Shown: piece by piece, positions 38,901 through 47,639 of the stretch
How the letters are laid out: each line of letters starts with the position of its first letter
Numbering within the stretch: position 1 is the stretch's first letter
Source: Verrucomicrobiaceae bacterium
GTDB lineage: Bacteria > Verrucomicrobiota > Verrucomicrobiia > Chthoniobacterales > JAATET01
Length of the DNA stretch: 64,000 bases
Reading direction: 5' to 3'
Assembly (NCBI GenBank): GCA_027488755.1
Contig: JAIYAZ010000047.1
Location: 95,982 to 159,981 of the forward strand
Notes under the pieces: model-generated
Database searches by the model: none
Told to the model about the DNA's origin: nothing
What the model saw: the letters and a program-made list of their open reading frames with translations, nothing else
Position numbers and translations under genes: made by a program

Positions 38901-39159
38901 GCTCCGGTTGCGACCGAAGGTGATGACCGTGGCGACCGTGATCGCGAGCCTGCTGCCGATCATGTGGAGCACGCGCACGGGGGCGGAGGTGATGAAGCCG
39001 ATTGCGACGCCGGTCATCGGCGGCATGGTCAGCAGCCTGCTGCACGTGCTCATCGTCACGCCGGTGATCTTTTATTGGATCCGCCGGCGGGCTCTTTTCG
39101 GGCGGGGGGGAGATTTTTCTCGCGGAAATGTCGAAACCACGTCGCATGGGACGACATGA
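35938..39159 (+). CDS. cusA: Heavy-metal efflux RND permease (CusA-type)
   Basis: 1073 aa with 12-TM RND architecture. TM4 AIAIGVLVDAGIVMTENV resembles the CusA-type motif. ATGA overlap with cusB. Confidence 0.95.
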   Translation: MNPPPPAGGAIAALIDWSLRNRFLVACATLLLVASGIWAIRHTPVDAIPDLSENQVIVFADWPGRSPQEVEDQVTYPLSTNLQGLAGVREVRAQSMFGFSLLTVVFADRVDNSFARTRVLERLSFLPSLLPPGVTPQLGPDATGLGWVYQYYLKVDPARAGPGTDLGSLRSLQDFFLRYQLAAVPGVAEVASLGGFVRQYQIAVESGKMRQAGVTLREVMDALASSNLNVGGKVIEENGMEFVVRGVGLVNSLDDLRQIAVKSNGDVPIYLGDLGTVLIGGDFRRGALDVDGQEVVGGIVVMRTGENAMQVIEQVKEKVAAITPSLPPGVTIEPFYDRSDLISRTIDTLRHALLEEILLVTLAHILFLWHFRSILIVTIPLPVSILVSFLLMNAFGISSNIMSLAGLAIAIGVLVDAGIVMTENVIRHCEESERARGRRLTPEETLATTRAAAQQVGRPIFFAMAIIILAFLPVFALGGQEGKLFHPLAFTKTFAMVGATVLAVTLVPVLCTWLVRGPFRPERDNVLMRTLMALYRPALGFALRHGRIVIGAAAALLLGALFLASRMGSEFMPPLNEGSLLFMPVLLPSTSLPEVKRVMAWQDQIIKSLPEVASVAGKLGRADSATDPAPTEMIETTIMLRPSAEWRPGMTKDRIIAELSERLSVVPGYVPGFLQPIENRVLMLSTGIRAQVGIKVLGADLDEIQRVAFQIERLVRTVPGALGVAASRVQGKPYVEVHPDRLALGRYGLKVRDVMDAVEIGIGGVNVSTTIEGRARYPIQLRLDRGERDDLERLGDILLVTPDGRSVPLGQVARIERTTGPSEIASENGRLRVFVQTNVQGRDLGGFVNELRARVAREITLPAGVTIEWSGQFEHQIRAQRTLTVIVPIVLLIILMLLTMVFRSALEASHVILAVPFALSGGMILQSLLGYPFSVAVWVGYIALFGTAIQTGVVMVVYLEEALERKRRERGGDFALADLHAAIMEGAMLRLRPKVMTVATVIASLLPIMWSTRTGAEVMKPIATPVIGGMVSSLLHVLIVTPVIFYWIRRRALFGRGGDFSRGNVETTSHGTT

Positions 39160-39212
39160 TGGTGGTGCCGCTCGACGCGAGTGCCGTAAAAAAACCAAAA
39201 CAGACAAAACCT

Positions 39213-39572
39213 ATGGAATACATGTTGATCTTCACCGAGTCGGCGGCCGATTACGCCAAGCGCGATAACCCGGCGGAAATGCAAAGCTACTGGGGCGCGT
39301 GGGGCGCCTACGTGAACGCGATCGAACAGGCCGGCATCACCGTGACGGGTCGCGGGCTGCTGCCGCCCGACACGGCGACCACCGTCCGCGTGCGCGATGG
39401 CCAGCGGCAGGTGCACGACGGTCCCTACGCCGAGGCGAAGGAAATGATCAGTGGGTTCTTCATTATTAACGTGCCGGACCTCGACACCGCTCTGGAATGG
39501 GCGGCGCGCAGTCCGTCCTCGAGTTACAGCTCGACCGAAGTGCGGCCGGTCATGCCTCCCATGGCTCCGTAG
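39213..39572 (+). CDS. YCII-related domain protein
   Basis: Trimmed to MEYMLIFTESAADYAKRD...VHDGPYAEAKEMISGFFIINVPDLDTALEWAAR. This is the typical YCII/DGPF pattern and the usual partner of the downstream sigma factor. Confidence 0.8.
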   Translation: MEYMLIFTESAADYAKRDNPAEMQSYWGAWGAYVNAIEQAGITVTGRGLLPPDTATTVRVRDGQRQVHDGPYAEAKEMISGFFIINVPDLDTALEWAARSPSSSYSSTEVRPVMPPMAP

Positions 39573-39578
39573 TAAGGC

Positions 39579-40817
39579 ATGGGCGAACCCGCCACCCACG
39601 CCGCCGTCGAGGCCACCGCCCGGGAAAGCTACGGGCGGCTGCTGGCCTACCTCGCGGCGCGGGCCGGCGGGGATCTCGCCAGCGCCGAGGATGCGCTTGC
39701 CGAAGCCTTCCTCGCGGCGCTCCGTCATTGGCCCGAGACGGGCGTGCCCGAACGGCCCGAGGCGTGGCTTCTCACCACCGCGCGGCGACGTCTGATTGAC
39801 GCGCAACGACGCGGACAGATCCGCATCGAGGCCGAGGACGAACTCCGATTCGCAATGGAAACGGCCGCAAGCGCCACGCAGGCCGAAGGTGGCTTTCCCG
39901 ATGAGCGGCTCGGTTTGCTTTTCATCTGCGCGCACCCGGCGATCGACCCCGCCGCGCGCACACCGTTGATGCTCCAGACCGTGCTCGGCGTGGATGCCGC
40001 GCGCATCGCTTCCGCCTTTCTTGTTTCCCCGCAGGCCATGGGGCAACGGCTTGTGCGTGCGAAGTCCAAGATCCGTGCAGCGGGGGTGCCGTTTCGGATT
40101 CCTGGGCCCAACGAACTCGGTGAGCGCGTCGGGTTCGTGCTCGATGCCATTTATGCGGCCTACACGGTGGACAGCGCGGAGGATTCGGAGGCGGCCCTGG
40201 CGCGGGAGGCGATCATCCTCGCGCGGTTCCTCCACCACCACCTGCCCACCGAGCCCGAGGCGGGTGGTCTGCTTGCGCTGCTGCTCCACTGCGAGGCCCG
40301 GCGTGCGGCGCGGTTGGATGCGGACGGGAACTACGTGCCGTTGCCGGAGCAGGACGTGACCCGATGGAATCGCACGATGATTCACGAAGCGGAGATCACG
40401 CTGGCCGGTGCGGCGCAACTTGGGCGAATGGGGCGGTTTCAACTCGAGGCCGCGATCCAGTCCGTCCACGCCCGGCGGCTGGCAGGTGGCCCGGTTTCGT
40501 GGGAGGCCATCGCGCTGCTCTACGAGGCGCTCGTGAGGCACACACCGGCGCTGGGAGCGCGGATTGGACGTGCGCTGGCTTTGGGAAAAGCGCGCGGCGC
40601 GGAAGTCGGGTTCGTCGCTCTGGAGGAACTGTCCGTCGAGGCCCTGACGAACTATCAACCCTACTGGGCCGCGCGGGCGGAGCTGCTTCGCGAGCTGAAG
40701 CGCCAACCGGAGGCCGTCGTCGCTTTTGATCGCGCCATTGGCCTCAGCCAAAGCGCGGCGGGAAGAGAGTTCCTGCGGCAGCGTCGCGCGGACTGCCTCG
40801 GCGGCGGGTCGCCGTGA
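39579..40817 (+). CDS. ECF-type RNA polymerase sigma factor with a long C-terminal extension (SigJ/DUF6596-like)
   Basis: 412 aa. Sigma region 2 EDALAEAFLAALRHWP...PEAWLLTTARRRLIDAQRR, region 4 QAMGQRLVRAKSKI, and a ~230-aa C-terminal TPR-like domain. Confidence 0.8.
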   Translation: MGEPATHAAVEATARESYGRLLAYLAARAGGDLASAEDALAEAFLAALRHWPETGVPERPEAWLLTTARRRLIDAQRRGQIRIEAEDELRFAMETAASATQAEGGFPDERLGLLFICAHPAIDPAARTPLMLQTVLGVDAARIASAFLVSPQAMGQRLVRAKSKIRAAGVPFRIPGPNELGERVGFVLDAIYAAYTVDSAEDSEAALAREAIILARFLHHHLPTEPEAGGLLALLLHCEARRAARLDADGNYVPLPEQDVTRWNRTMIHEAEITLAGAAQLGRMGRFQLEAAIQSVHARRLAGGPVSWEAIALLYEALVRHTPALGARIGRALALGKARGAEVGFVALEELSVEALTNYQPYWAARAELLRELKRQPEAVVAFDRAIGLSQSAAGREFLRQRRADCLGGGSP

Positions 40818-40821
40818 CTTC

Positions 40822-40860
40822 GAAAAAGAAAAAGCCCGGCTCTTTGGGCCGGGCTTTCTT
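40822..40860. terminator. Bidirectional intrinsic terminator between the sigma factor (+) and nusG (-)
   Basis: 10-bp perfect stem aaagcccggc (40831-40840) / gccgggcttt (40848-40857) with a 7-nt loop. It is flanked by gaaaaagaaa upstream, which reads as a T-run on the - strand, and tttctt downstream. Confidence 0.8.
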
Positions 40861-40884
40861 GAGGAAGCTTAAAGAACGTGGGAT

Positions 40885-41448
40885 TTAGGCCCGCTCGACC
40901 TGCCAGTATTCGAGCTCCACGGGCGTGTCGCGGCCGAAGATGCTGACGGAGACGCGGAGTTTGCCGCGCTCGGGGTCGATTTCTTCGACGATGCCGTTCT
41001 GGTTCTGGAAGGGGCCGTCGGCCACCTTGACCTTGTCGCCGACCTCGAACTCGATCTTCGGCTTGACCTGGTCTTCGCGTTCTTGGATCTGCGCGAGGAG
41101 GCCTTCGACCTCTTTTTTGCGCATAGGGATCGGCTTGTCCTTGGCGCCGGCAAAACCAATCACGCCGGTGGTTTCGCGGATGAAATACCAGGTGCGGTCC
41201 ACGAGCTGGTTGTTCTCATCCAGCAGGTGCATGTTCACGATGATGTAGCCGGGGAAGAACTTGCGGGTCGTTTCGGACTTCTTGCCGCGTTTGATCTCCT
41301 GCACGCGCTCGGTCGGGATGAGGGCTTCGAAGATGACGTCTTCCATCTCCTCGCTCTTGATCCGCTTTTTGATGTTTTCGAGCACCTTGTTCTCCTGACC
41401 GGAGAGCACGTGCACGACATACCATTGATCGCGTGGGGCCAGACTCAT
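40885..41448 (-). CDS. nusG: Transcription termination/antitermination factor NusG
   Basis: 187 aa. WYVVHVLSGQENKV, FPGYIIVNM, KOW motif FEVGDKVKVADGPFQNQNGIVEEIDPERGKLRVSVSIFGR. Confidence 0.95.
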   Translation of the reverse strand: MSLAPRDQWYVVHVLSGQENKVLENIKKRIKSEEMEDVIFEALIPTERVQEIKRGKKSETTRKFFPGYIIVNMHLLDENNQLVDRTWYFIRETTGVIGFAGAKDKPIPMRKKEVEGLLAQIQEREDQVKPKIEFEVGDKVKVADGPFQNQNGIVEEIDPERGKLRVSVSIFGRDTPVELEYWQVERA

Positions 41449-41463
41449 GAATAAATGCGCGGA

Positions 41464-41679
41464 TTAGGGCCGCGTCACCAGATCGACGATGTTAAGCAGG
41501 AAGACGTCAAAGACGGCGATGTAGCCGCCGACGAGCACCATGGCGATGATGACGACGATGGTGGAATCCCAAAGCTCCTTGTAGCGCTTGAAGCCTTTTT
41601 CGTTGGGGTCCCACGGCCAGCTCGCCTTGGCAAGCTCGGCGCGGACCTCGGAGGTGAAGCGGCCTACTTTTCCGAACAT
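41464..41679 (-). CDS. secE: Preprotein translocase subunit SecE
   Basis: 71 aa. FTSEVRAELAKASWP followed by a single TM helix. Sits in the conserved position between tRNA-Trp and nusG. Confidence 0.85.
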   Translation of the reverse strand: MFGKVGRFTSEVRAELAKASWPWDPNEKGFKRYKELWDSTIVVIIAMVLVGGYIAVFDVFLLNIVDLVTRP

Positions 41680-41782
41680 GGGGAAGTTTTGGGGTGGTTA
41701 TCCACAGATTTCACAAAAGAACGCAGATTTTTGGAGCTGCGCTCCCCTGTGCCTATCTAGGGATGAAGATAAGAAAGAGAAA

Positions 41783-41855
41783 CAGGCCAGGAGGGACTCG
41801 AACCCCCAACAAACGGTTTTGGAGACCGCTACTCTACCAATTGAGCTACTGGCCT
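41783..41855 (-). tRNA. tRNA-Trp (anticodon CCA)
   Basis: Reverse complement AGGCCAGTAGCTCAATTGGTAGAGTAGCGGTCTCCAAAACCGTTTGTTGGGGGTTCGAGTCCCTCCTGGCCTG folds as a cloverleaf with a 7-bp acceptor stem and anticodon loop CTCCAAA. Confidence 0.9.
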
Positions 41856-41874
41856 TTTTCGAACGGGTCGAAAG

Positions 41875-43059
41875 TTATTCGATGATGTCAGCCACACGAC
41901 CGGCGCCAACGGTGCGACCACCTTCGCGGATGGCGAAGCGGATGGTCTTTTCCATGGCGATCGGCTGGATGAGCTCGACTTCGATCGAGACGTTGTCACC
42001 AGGCATAACCATTTCCACGCCCTCGGGGAGCTTGATGGAACCGGTCACGTCCGTGGTGCGGAAGTAGAACTGCGGGCGATAGTTCGAGAAGAACGGGGTG
42101 TGACGGCCGCCTTCTTCCTTGGAGAGGACGTAGATCTCAGCCTTGAACTTCTTGTGGGGCTTGATCGTGCCGGGCTTGGCGATGACCTGGCCGCGCTCGA
42201 TGTCGTCCTTCTTGATGCCGCGGAGGAGAATGCCGACGTTGTCACCAGCGCGCGCCTCGTCGAGGAGCTTGCGGAACATTTCGATGTCGGTGACGGTCGT
42301 CTTGGCCGTCGGGCGGATGCCGACGATCTCGACTTCTTCCATCTTCTTGAGGATGCCGCGCTCGACACGACCGGTGGCGACGGTGCCGCGACCTTCGATG
42401 TTGAACACGTCTTCGATCGGCATGAGGAAGGGCTGATCAACCGGGCGCTCGGGGAGCGGGATGTAGGCGTCAACGGCAGCCATGAGCTGGTCGATGGCCT
42501 TCTCGTATTCGGCGTCGCCGTTGAGGGCCTTGAGCGCGGAGCCCTTGACGATCGGGATGTCGTCGCCGGGGAACTCGTAGCTGGAGAGGAGTTCACGGAC
42601 TTCCATCTCGACGAGTTCGAGGAGTTCCGGATCGTCCACCATGTCGACCTTGTTGAGGAAGACAACCATGGCCGGAACGCCGACCTGGCGGGAGAGCAGG
42701 ATGTGCTCGCGGGTCTGCGGCATCGGGCCGTCCGCGGCGCTGACGACGAGGATGGCGCCGTCCATCTGGGCCGCACCCGTGATCATGTTTTTGACGTAGT
42801 CGGCGTGGCCGGGGCAGTCGACGTGCGCGTAGTGGCGGTTGTCGGTCTCGTATTCCTGGTGCGACGTGTTGATCGTGATGCCGCGCTCTTTTTCTTCGGG
42901 CGCGTTGTCGATGTCGTCGTATTTCCGGGCGGTGGCCTTGCCCGACTTCGCGAGCACGGTGGTGATCGCGGCGGTGAGCGTGGTCTTGCCGTGGTCCACG
43001 TGACCGATCGTGCCGATGTTCACGTGGGGTTTCTCTCGCTTGAAGGTGTCTTTAGCCAT
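41875..43059 (-). CDS. tuf: Elongation factor Tu
   Basis: Trimmed to [33 protein letters not shown] (ATG at 43059). [12 protein letters not shown]. 394 aa. Confidence 0.98.
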   Translation of the reverse strand: MAKDTFKREKPHVNIGTIGHVDHGKTTLTAAITTVLAKSGKATARKYDDIDNAPEEKERGITINTSHQEYETDNRHYAHVDCPGHADYVKNMITGAAQMDGAILVVSAADGPMPQTREHILLSRQVGVPAMVVFLNKVDMVDDPELLELVEMEVRELLSSYEFPGDDIPIVKGSALKALNGDAEYEKAIDQLMAAVDAYIPLPERPVDQPFLMPIEDVFNIEGRGTVATGRVERGILKKMEEVEIVGIRPTAKTTVTDIEMFRKLLDEARAGDNVGILLRGIKKDDIERGQVIAKPGTIKPHKKFKAEIYVLSKEEGGRHTPFFSNYRPQFYFRTTDVTGSIKLPEGVEMVMPGDNVSIEVELIQPIAMEKTIRFAIREGGRTVGAGRVADIIE

Positions 43060-43104
43060 CTTGTTATCGTTAGGGTTTTTGGGTGAACCGCAGCGCGTAA
43101 ATCG

Positions 43105-43180
43105 TGGAGCCCACAACCGGGATCGAACCGGTGACCTCGTCCTTACCAAGGACGTGCTCTACCTACTGAGCTATGTGGGC
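43105..43180 (-). tRNA. tRNA-Thr (anticodon GGT), CCA encoded
   Basis: Reverse complement GCCCACATAGCTCAGTAGGTAGAGCACGTCCTTGGTAAGGACGAGGTCACCGGTTCGATCCCGGTTGTGGGCTCCA forms a perfect cloverleaf with anticodon loop TTGGTAA. Confidence 0.92.
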
Positions 43181-43444
43181 GTCGGGGCTTTACGGCCGTC
43201 TGGGTTGTATGGGTGAATCCGCGAGCGGTTCGGTTTCGCTCTCCGAAAAAAGGGCGAAGGGCCCCGCCCGTTATCCCGATCCCGGGAACGGCCAAGACCC
43301 ACGTTCTTTCTCCGTAGAGTGAACGCGCAGAATAGTCCTCGTGCGAAGGCTGTCAAAGGGAATTTTGGAATTTGCCGGCGGGATTTTTCGACCGGGGATT
43401 TTCGATTGGGCCGGGCGCGGGGATGCGCGCATGATGGGGCGTCT

Positions 43445-44095
43445 ATGGAAACACACGCGATGCGGCGGGACTATCAAGCGGGCCAGTTGCGCCGGGCGGA
43501 CCTTGCGCCGGAGCCGCGGGAGCAGTTTGAGCGGTGGTTTGCGGACGCCCGGGCGGCGGCGGGCGGGGCGGAGGGAATCGAGGTGAACGCGATGACGCTT
43601 GCCACGGTGGATGCCGCGGGGCGGCCGCACGCGCGCATCGTGCTGTTGAAGGACTGCGACGCGCGGGGTTTCCGCTTTTTCACGAATTACGAGAGCGACA
43701 AGGGCGTGGAGATCGCGGCCGATGCGCGGGTGGCGCTGGTGTTCCATTGGCAGGCCCTGGAGCGGCAGGTGCGCGTGGAGGGCGTCGCGGAGCGGCTGCC
43801 GCGGGAGGAGAGCGAGGCGTATTTCCAAAGCCGGCCGCTGGCGAGTCGGCTGGGGGCCTGGGCCTCGCCGCAGAGCCGGGTGCTGGGCGGGCGCGAGGAA
43901 CTGGAGGCGGGTTACGCGGAGGCGGCGAAGCGGTTTGGCGAGGGGCCGGTGCCGATGCCGCCGAATTGGGGCGGTTACGTGGTGCGGCCCGACGGCGTGG
44001 AGTTCTGGCAGGGGCGGCGCAGCCGGCTGCATGATCGGTTTCGTTACACGCGCGGGCTGGACGGGGCGTGGCGGATCGAGAGGCTGGCGCCATGA
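43445..44095 (+). CDS. pdxH: Pyridoxamine 5'-phosphate oxidase
   Basis: Trimmed to METHAMRRDY. NAMTLATVD..GRPHARIVLLK, FFTNYESDKG, EFWQGRRSRLHDR. Confidence 0.9.
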   Translation: METHAMRRDYQAGQLRRADLAPEPREQFERWFADARAAAGGAEGIEVNAMTLATVDAAGRPHARIVLLKDCDARGFRFFTNYESDKGVEIAADARVALVFHWQALERQVRVEGVAERLPREESEAYFQSRPLASRLGAWASPQSRVLGGREELEAGYAEAAKRFGEGPVPMPPNWGGYVVRPDGVEFWQGRRSRLHDRFRYTRGLDGAWRIERLAP

Positions 44096-45066
44096 GGTGG
44101 GTGTGGCTGGCGGTGGGGATGGTGATGGCGGCGGCGCAGGCGGCGGAGCCGGTGAGCCGCGTGGCCTTTGGCTCGTGCAACCGGCACGATCGGCCGCAGC
44201 CGCTGTGGGAGCCGATTCTGGCGTGGAAGCCGCAGCTTTGGATCTGGCTGGGCGACAATATCTACGGCGACACGACCGACATGGCTGAGCTCGCCCGGAA
44301 GTGGCGGGCGCAAAAGGCGCAGCCCGATTATGCGCGGCTGCGGGCGGCGGCGCGGGTGTTGGGAACGTGGGACGACCACGATTACGGCGCGAACAACGCG
44401 GGGCGGGAGTATCCGCGGCGAAAGGCGTCGCAGGCGCTGCTGCTGGATTTTCTCGACGAGCCGGCGGACAGCCCGCGCCGCCGGCAGGCGGGCGTGTATG
44501 CGAGCGAGACGTTCGGGCCGGAGGGGCGGCGGCTGCTCGTGGTGCTGCTGGACGTGCGGTTCCACCGCGAGGAGCCGGGGGCGGAGGCGGAGGCGGACAT
44601 TCTCGGCGCCGCGCAGTGGGCGTGGCTTGAGCGGACGCTGCGGGGGAGCCGGGCGGAGGTGCGGATGATTGCGGGGGGCTCGCAGTTCCTGCCGACCGAG
44701 CATCGGTTTGACAAGTGGGCCGATTACCCGCGGGCGAAGGCGCGTTTGCTGGCGCTGCTGGCGCAGACGCAGACGCCGGGCGGGGCGACGGTGCTGCTCT
44801 CGGGCGACCGGCATTTCGGCGAGATCTCGCGGCTGCGCACGGGCGCGCTGGACGTGCTGGAGGTGACGTCCAGCGGGCTGACCCATTCCCAGCGCGACGA
44901 GGGCAGGGATGAGCCGAACGGGCTGCGAGTGGGGGAGCGTTTGGTGGCGCTGAATTTCGGCACGGTGCAGATTGACTGGGCGGCGGGCGTGCTGACGGCG
45001 GCGCTGCGGGACGAGCGGGGCCGCGTGAGGGCGGCCACGAAAATGGCGTTCCGGCCCGGCCGCTGA
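44092..45066 (+). CDS. PhoD-like phosphatase / metallophosphoesterase (secreted)
   Basis: Start MRWVWLAVGMVMAAAQA (signal peptide), with an ATGA overlap with pdxH. VAFGSCNRHD, WIWLGDNIYGD, GTWDDHDYG, LSGDRHFGE. Confidence 0.75.
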   Translation: MRWVWLAVGMVMAAAQAAEPVSRVAFGSCNRHDRPQPLWEPILAWKPQLWIWLGDNIYGDTTDMAELARKWRAQKAQPDYARLRAAARVLGTWDDHDYGANNAGREYPRRKASQALLLDFLDEPADSPRRRQAGVYASETFGPEGRRLLVVLLDVRFHREEPGAEAEADILGAAQWAWLERTLRGSRAEVRMIAGGSQFLPTEHRFDKWADYPRAKARLLALLAQTQTPGGATVLLSGDRHFGEISRLRTGALDVLEVTSSGLTHSQRDEGRDEPNGLRVGERLVALNFGTVQIDWAAGVLTAALRDERGRVRAATKMAFRPGR

Positions 45067-45192
45067 GCGGGGGCGCGCGTTTTTCGGCGGGGCGCGGGGC
45101 GGGCCGCGGCTCGTGATTCCCCGCTTGACCTTTGGCGGGCATTGTCGTCTTTACTCCGCCTTTGGCCGCTGGCGCGTCCAACCTCATTCGCG

Positions 45193-47559
45193 ATGAATTG
45201 CCTTACCCGATTTTTGCTCGTTGCCGCGGCCCTGTTTGCGGTGCTCACGCCCCAGGCCGACGCCCAGAACGCCCCGCTCCAGGGGCCGATCGTGAAACAG
45301 ATCGACGTGCAGTTTGTCGGCCCGGAGAGCATCACCCGTGACCGCGTGCTCGCCAACCTCGCCACGCAGGTCGGCCAGCCCTACAGCGATCAGGCCGTCG
45401 AGGCCGATATCCGCAGCCTCTACGCGACGGGCACGCTGGCGAACGTCCGCATGTTCGGCGAGCCGTTTCAGGACGGCGTGAAGGTCACAGTGCTGCTCCA
45501 GGGGCGGCCGATCGTGGCCGAGGTGCTCATTGAGGGCGCTGAGCAGATCGGCCAAAACCGCGTGCGCCGCGAGGTGTCCGTGAAGCCCGGGCAGAGCCTG
45601 AGCGAGGAAAAGATCGAGGACGACCGCCGCAAGATCCTCAAGCTTTACCAGGACCGGAATTTTTCGGACGTCGACGTCCAATACAAGATCGAGGACATGC
45701 CCGACAACAAGGCGCGGGTGATCTTCTCGATCACCGAGGGGCCGAAACTCATCGTGCGGCGCATCACCTTTGTCGGCAACTACTCGGTGAAGGACCGCGA
45801 CCTGCGCGCGGCCATGAAGACGAAGACCTGGAACCTCCTTTCCTACTTCAACAAGAGCGGCCGCCTCACCAGCGCCCAGCTCGATGAAGACCGCGCGGCG
45901 CTGCGGATGCTTTACCAGAACCGCGGTTTTGCCGACGTGCAGATCAGCGACATCGCGACCCAGCCCGTCGCCGAGGGTCGGGATGGCGTGGAACTCGTCG
46001 TCACCATCCAGGAAGGCATCCAGTATCGCGTGAACTCCGTGACGCTTGAGGGCGTGAACATCGTTCCCGTGGATCGCGTGCTCGGCGTGCTGAGCATGCG
46101 CGAGGGTTCGCTCTTCACGCCGTCGGCGCCGTTGCCGGCCGCCCCGGGCGCCACCGCGCGCACCGGCGGCCTCGTCGGAGATCTCAATGCCATCCGCACC
46201 TTCTACGGGCAGCGCGGATACATCGAGGCGAACGCCATTCCGCAGATCACCCCGGCCGGCCAGGGCGCGGTCGACATCAACTACAAGATCGACGAGGGCG
46301 TGCAGTCCTACGTCAACCTGGTGAACATCCAGGGCAATTCCCGCACGCAGGACCGGGTCATCCGCCGCGAGCTCGTGATCAAGCCGGGCGAGGTCTACGA
46401 CAGCACGCTCGTCGACGTGAGCAAAGCCCGCCTCGAAAACCTCCAGTATTTTTCAAACGTGACGCTGACGCCGTCCGACACGGTGGTGCCGGGCCGCAAG
46501 GACCTCAACGTCATCGTCGAGGAGAAGCGCACGGGTTCGTTCAACTTCGGCGCGGGCTTCAGCACGATTGACAGTCTCATCGGCTTTGCGGAACTCCAGC
46601 AGACGAACTTCGACCTCTTCAACTGGCCGAACTTCACCGGCGGTGGCCAGCGTTTCCGCATCCGCGCGCAATACGGCATCGAGCGCCAAGACTACGTGAT
46701 CTCGTGGACCGAGCCTTACTTCCTCGGCTACAAGCTCTCCTTCGGCGTCGAGGGTTACTACCGCCAGGCGAACTTCCTCTCGACCGTTTACAACCAGTCG
46801 AACCTCGGCGCGGCCTTCAACTTCCGGAAGCCGCTCACGAATTTCCTCTCCGCCGAGGCGGAGTATCGCATCGAGCAGATTGAAATCTACGACGTGCAGA
46901 CCGACGAGGTCGGTCCCTACATTGAGGAATCCGCCGGGGGTTACACGCGGAGCGCGATTTCGGGCGGCCTGACGTGGGACACCCGCGATGATCTCCGCCT
47001 CACCCGCAAGGGCGAGTTTGTCCGCCTTGGCGGCTTCCTGGCCGGCGGCTTCCTGGGCGGCACCGTGCAGACTTACGGCATCACCCTCGACGCCGCGAAA
47101 TACATCCTGCTGCCGTGGGACACGATTCTGACCTTCAAGGGTCAGGTCGGCGCGGTGGACACCTGGGGCGACGCGAACGACTCGATCATCGGCGTGCCGA
47201 TCTTCGACCGGCTCTACCTCGGCGGCGCGAACAACCTGCGCGGCTTCGACTTCCGCGACGTTTCGCCGAAAGACCAGGACGGCAACCCCATCGGCGGTAA
47301 CTCGCTCGCCTACGGCACCATCGAATACAGCGTGCCGATCATCACCCGCATCCGCGGCTCGGTCTTCACCGACGTGGGCTTCGTCAACAGCGGCAGCTGG
47401 GACTTCTCGCCCAACGACTTCAGCGCCGATGTCGGCATCGGCCTGCGCGTCGAACTGCCCATCGGCCCCATCCGCGTCGACTACGGCATCCCGGTCATCA
47501 ACGGCCTGGGCGATGGCGGCAGCGGCAAATTCAACTTCAACGTCGGCTATCAATTTTGA
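45193..47559 (+). CDS. bamA: Outer membrane protein assembly factor BamA
   Basis: Trimmed to MNCLTRFLLVAAALFAVLTPQADA. POTRA repeats (I..I.F.GN), an Omp85 C-terminal barrel ending ...FNFNVGYQF. Confidence 0.9.
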   Translation: MNCLTRFLLVAAALFAVLTPQADAQNAPLQGPIVKQIDVQFVGPESITRDRVLANLATQVGQPYSDQAVEADIRSLYATGTLANVRMFGEPFQDGVKVTVLLQGRPIVAEVLIEGAEQIGQNRVRREVSVKPGQSLSEEKIEDDRRKILKLYQDRNFSDVDVQYKIEDMPDNKARVIFSITEGPKLIVRRITFVGNYSVKDRDLRAAMKTKTWNLLSYFNKSGRLTSAQLDEDRAALRMLYQNRGFADVQISDIATQPVAEGRDGVELVVTIQEGIQYRVNSVTLEGVNIVPVDRVLGVLSMREGSLFTPSAPLPAAPGATARTGGLVGDLNAIRTFYGQRGYIEANAIPQITPAGQGAVDINYKIDEGVQSYVNLVNIQGNSRTQDRVIRRELVIKPGEVYDSTLVDVSKARLENLQYFSNVTLTPSDTVVPGRKDLNVIVEEKRTGSFNFGAGFSTIDSLIGFAELQQTNFDLFNWPNFTGGGQRFRIRAQYGIERQDYVISWTEPYFLGYKLSFGVEGYYRQANFLSTVYNQSNLGAAFNFRKPLTNFLSAEAEYRIEQIEIYDVQTDEVGPYIEESAGGYTRSAISGGLTWDTRDDLRLTRKGEFVRLGGFLAGGFLGGTVQTYGITLDAAKYILLPWDTILTFKGQVGAVDTWGDANDSIIGVPIFDRLYLGGANNLRGFDFRDVSPKDQDGNPIGGNSLAYGTIEYSVPIITRIRGSVFTDVGFVNSGSWDFSPNDFSADVGIGLRVELPIGPIRVDYGIPVINGLGDGGSGKFNFNVGYQF

Positions 47560-47639
47560 ACGAATCCCGCCCCGGCGGGGTCTGATTTGAGTCCTCGCCC
47601 CCGGCGATTCACCTGAGTTTTCATTCCAAATCCCAACAC

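Noticed and set aside
41783-43180. tRNA-Trp and tRNA-Thr as integration hot-spots for a genomic island
   Set aside because: Both tRNAs are in their universal positions within the tuf-secE-nusG cluster. There is no integrase, no duplicated tRNA 3' end and no att-like direct repeat nearby.
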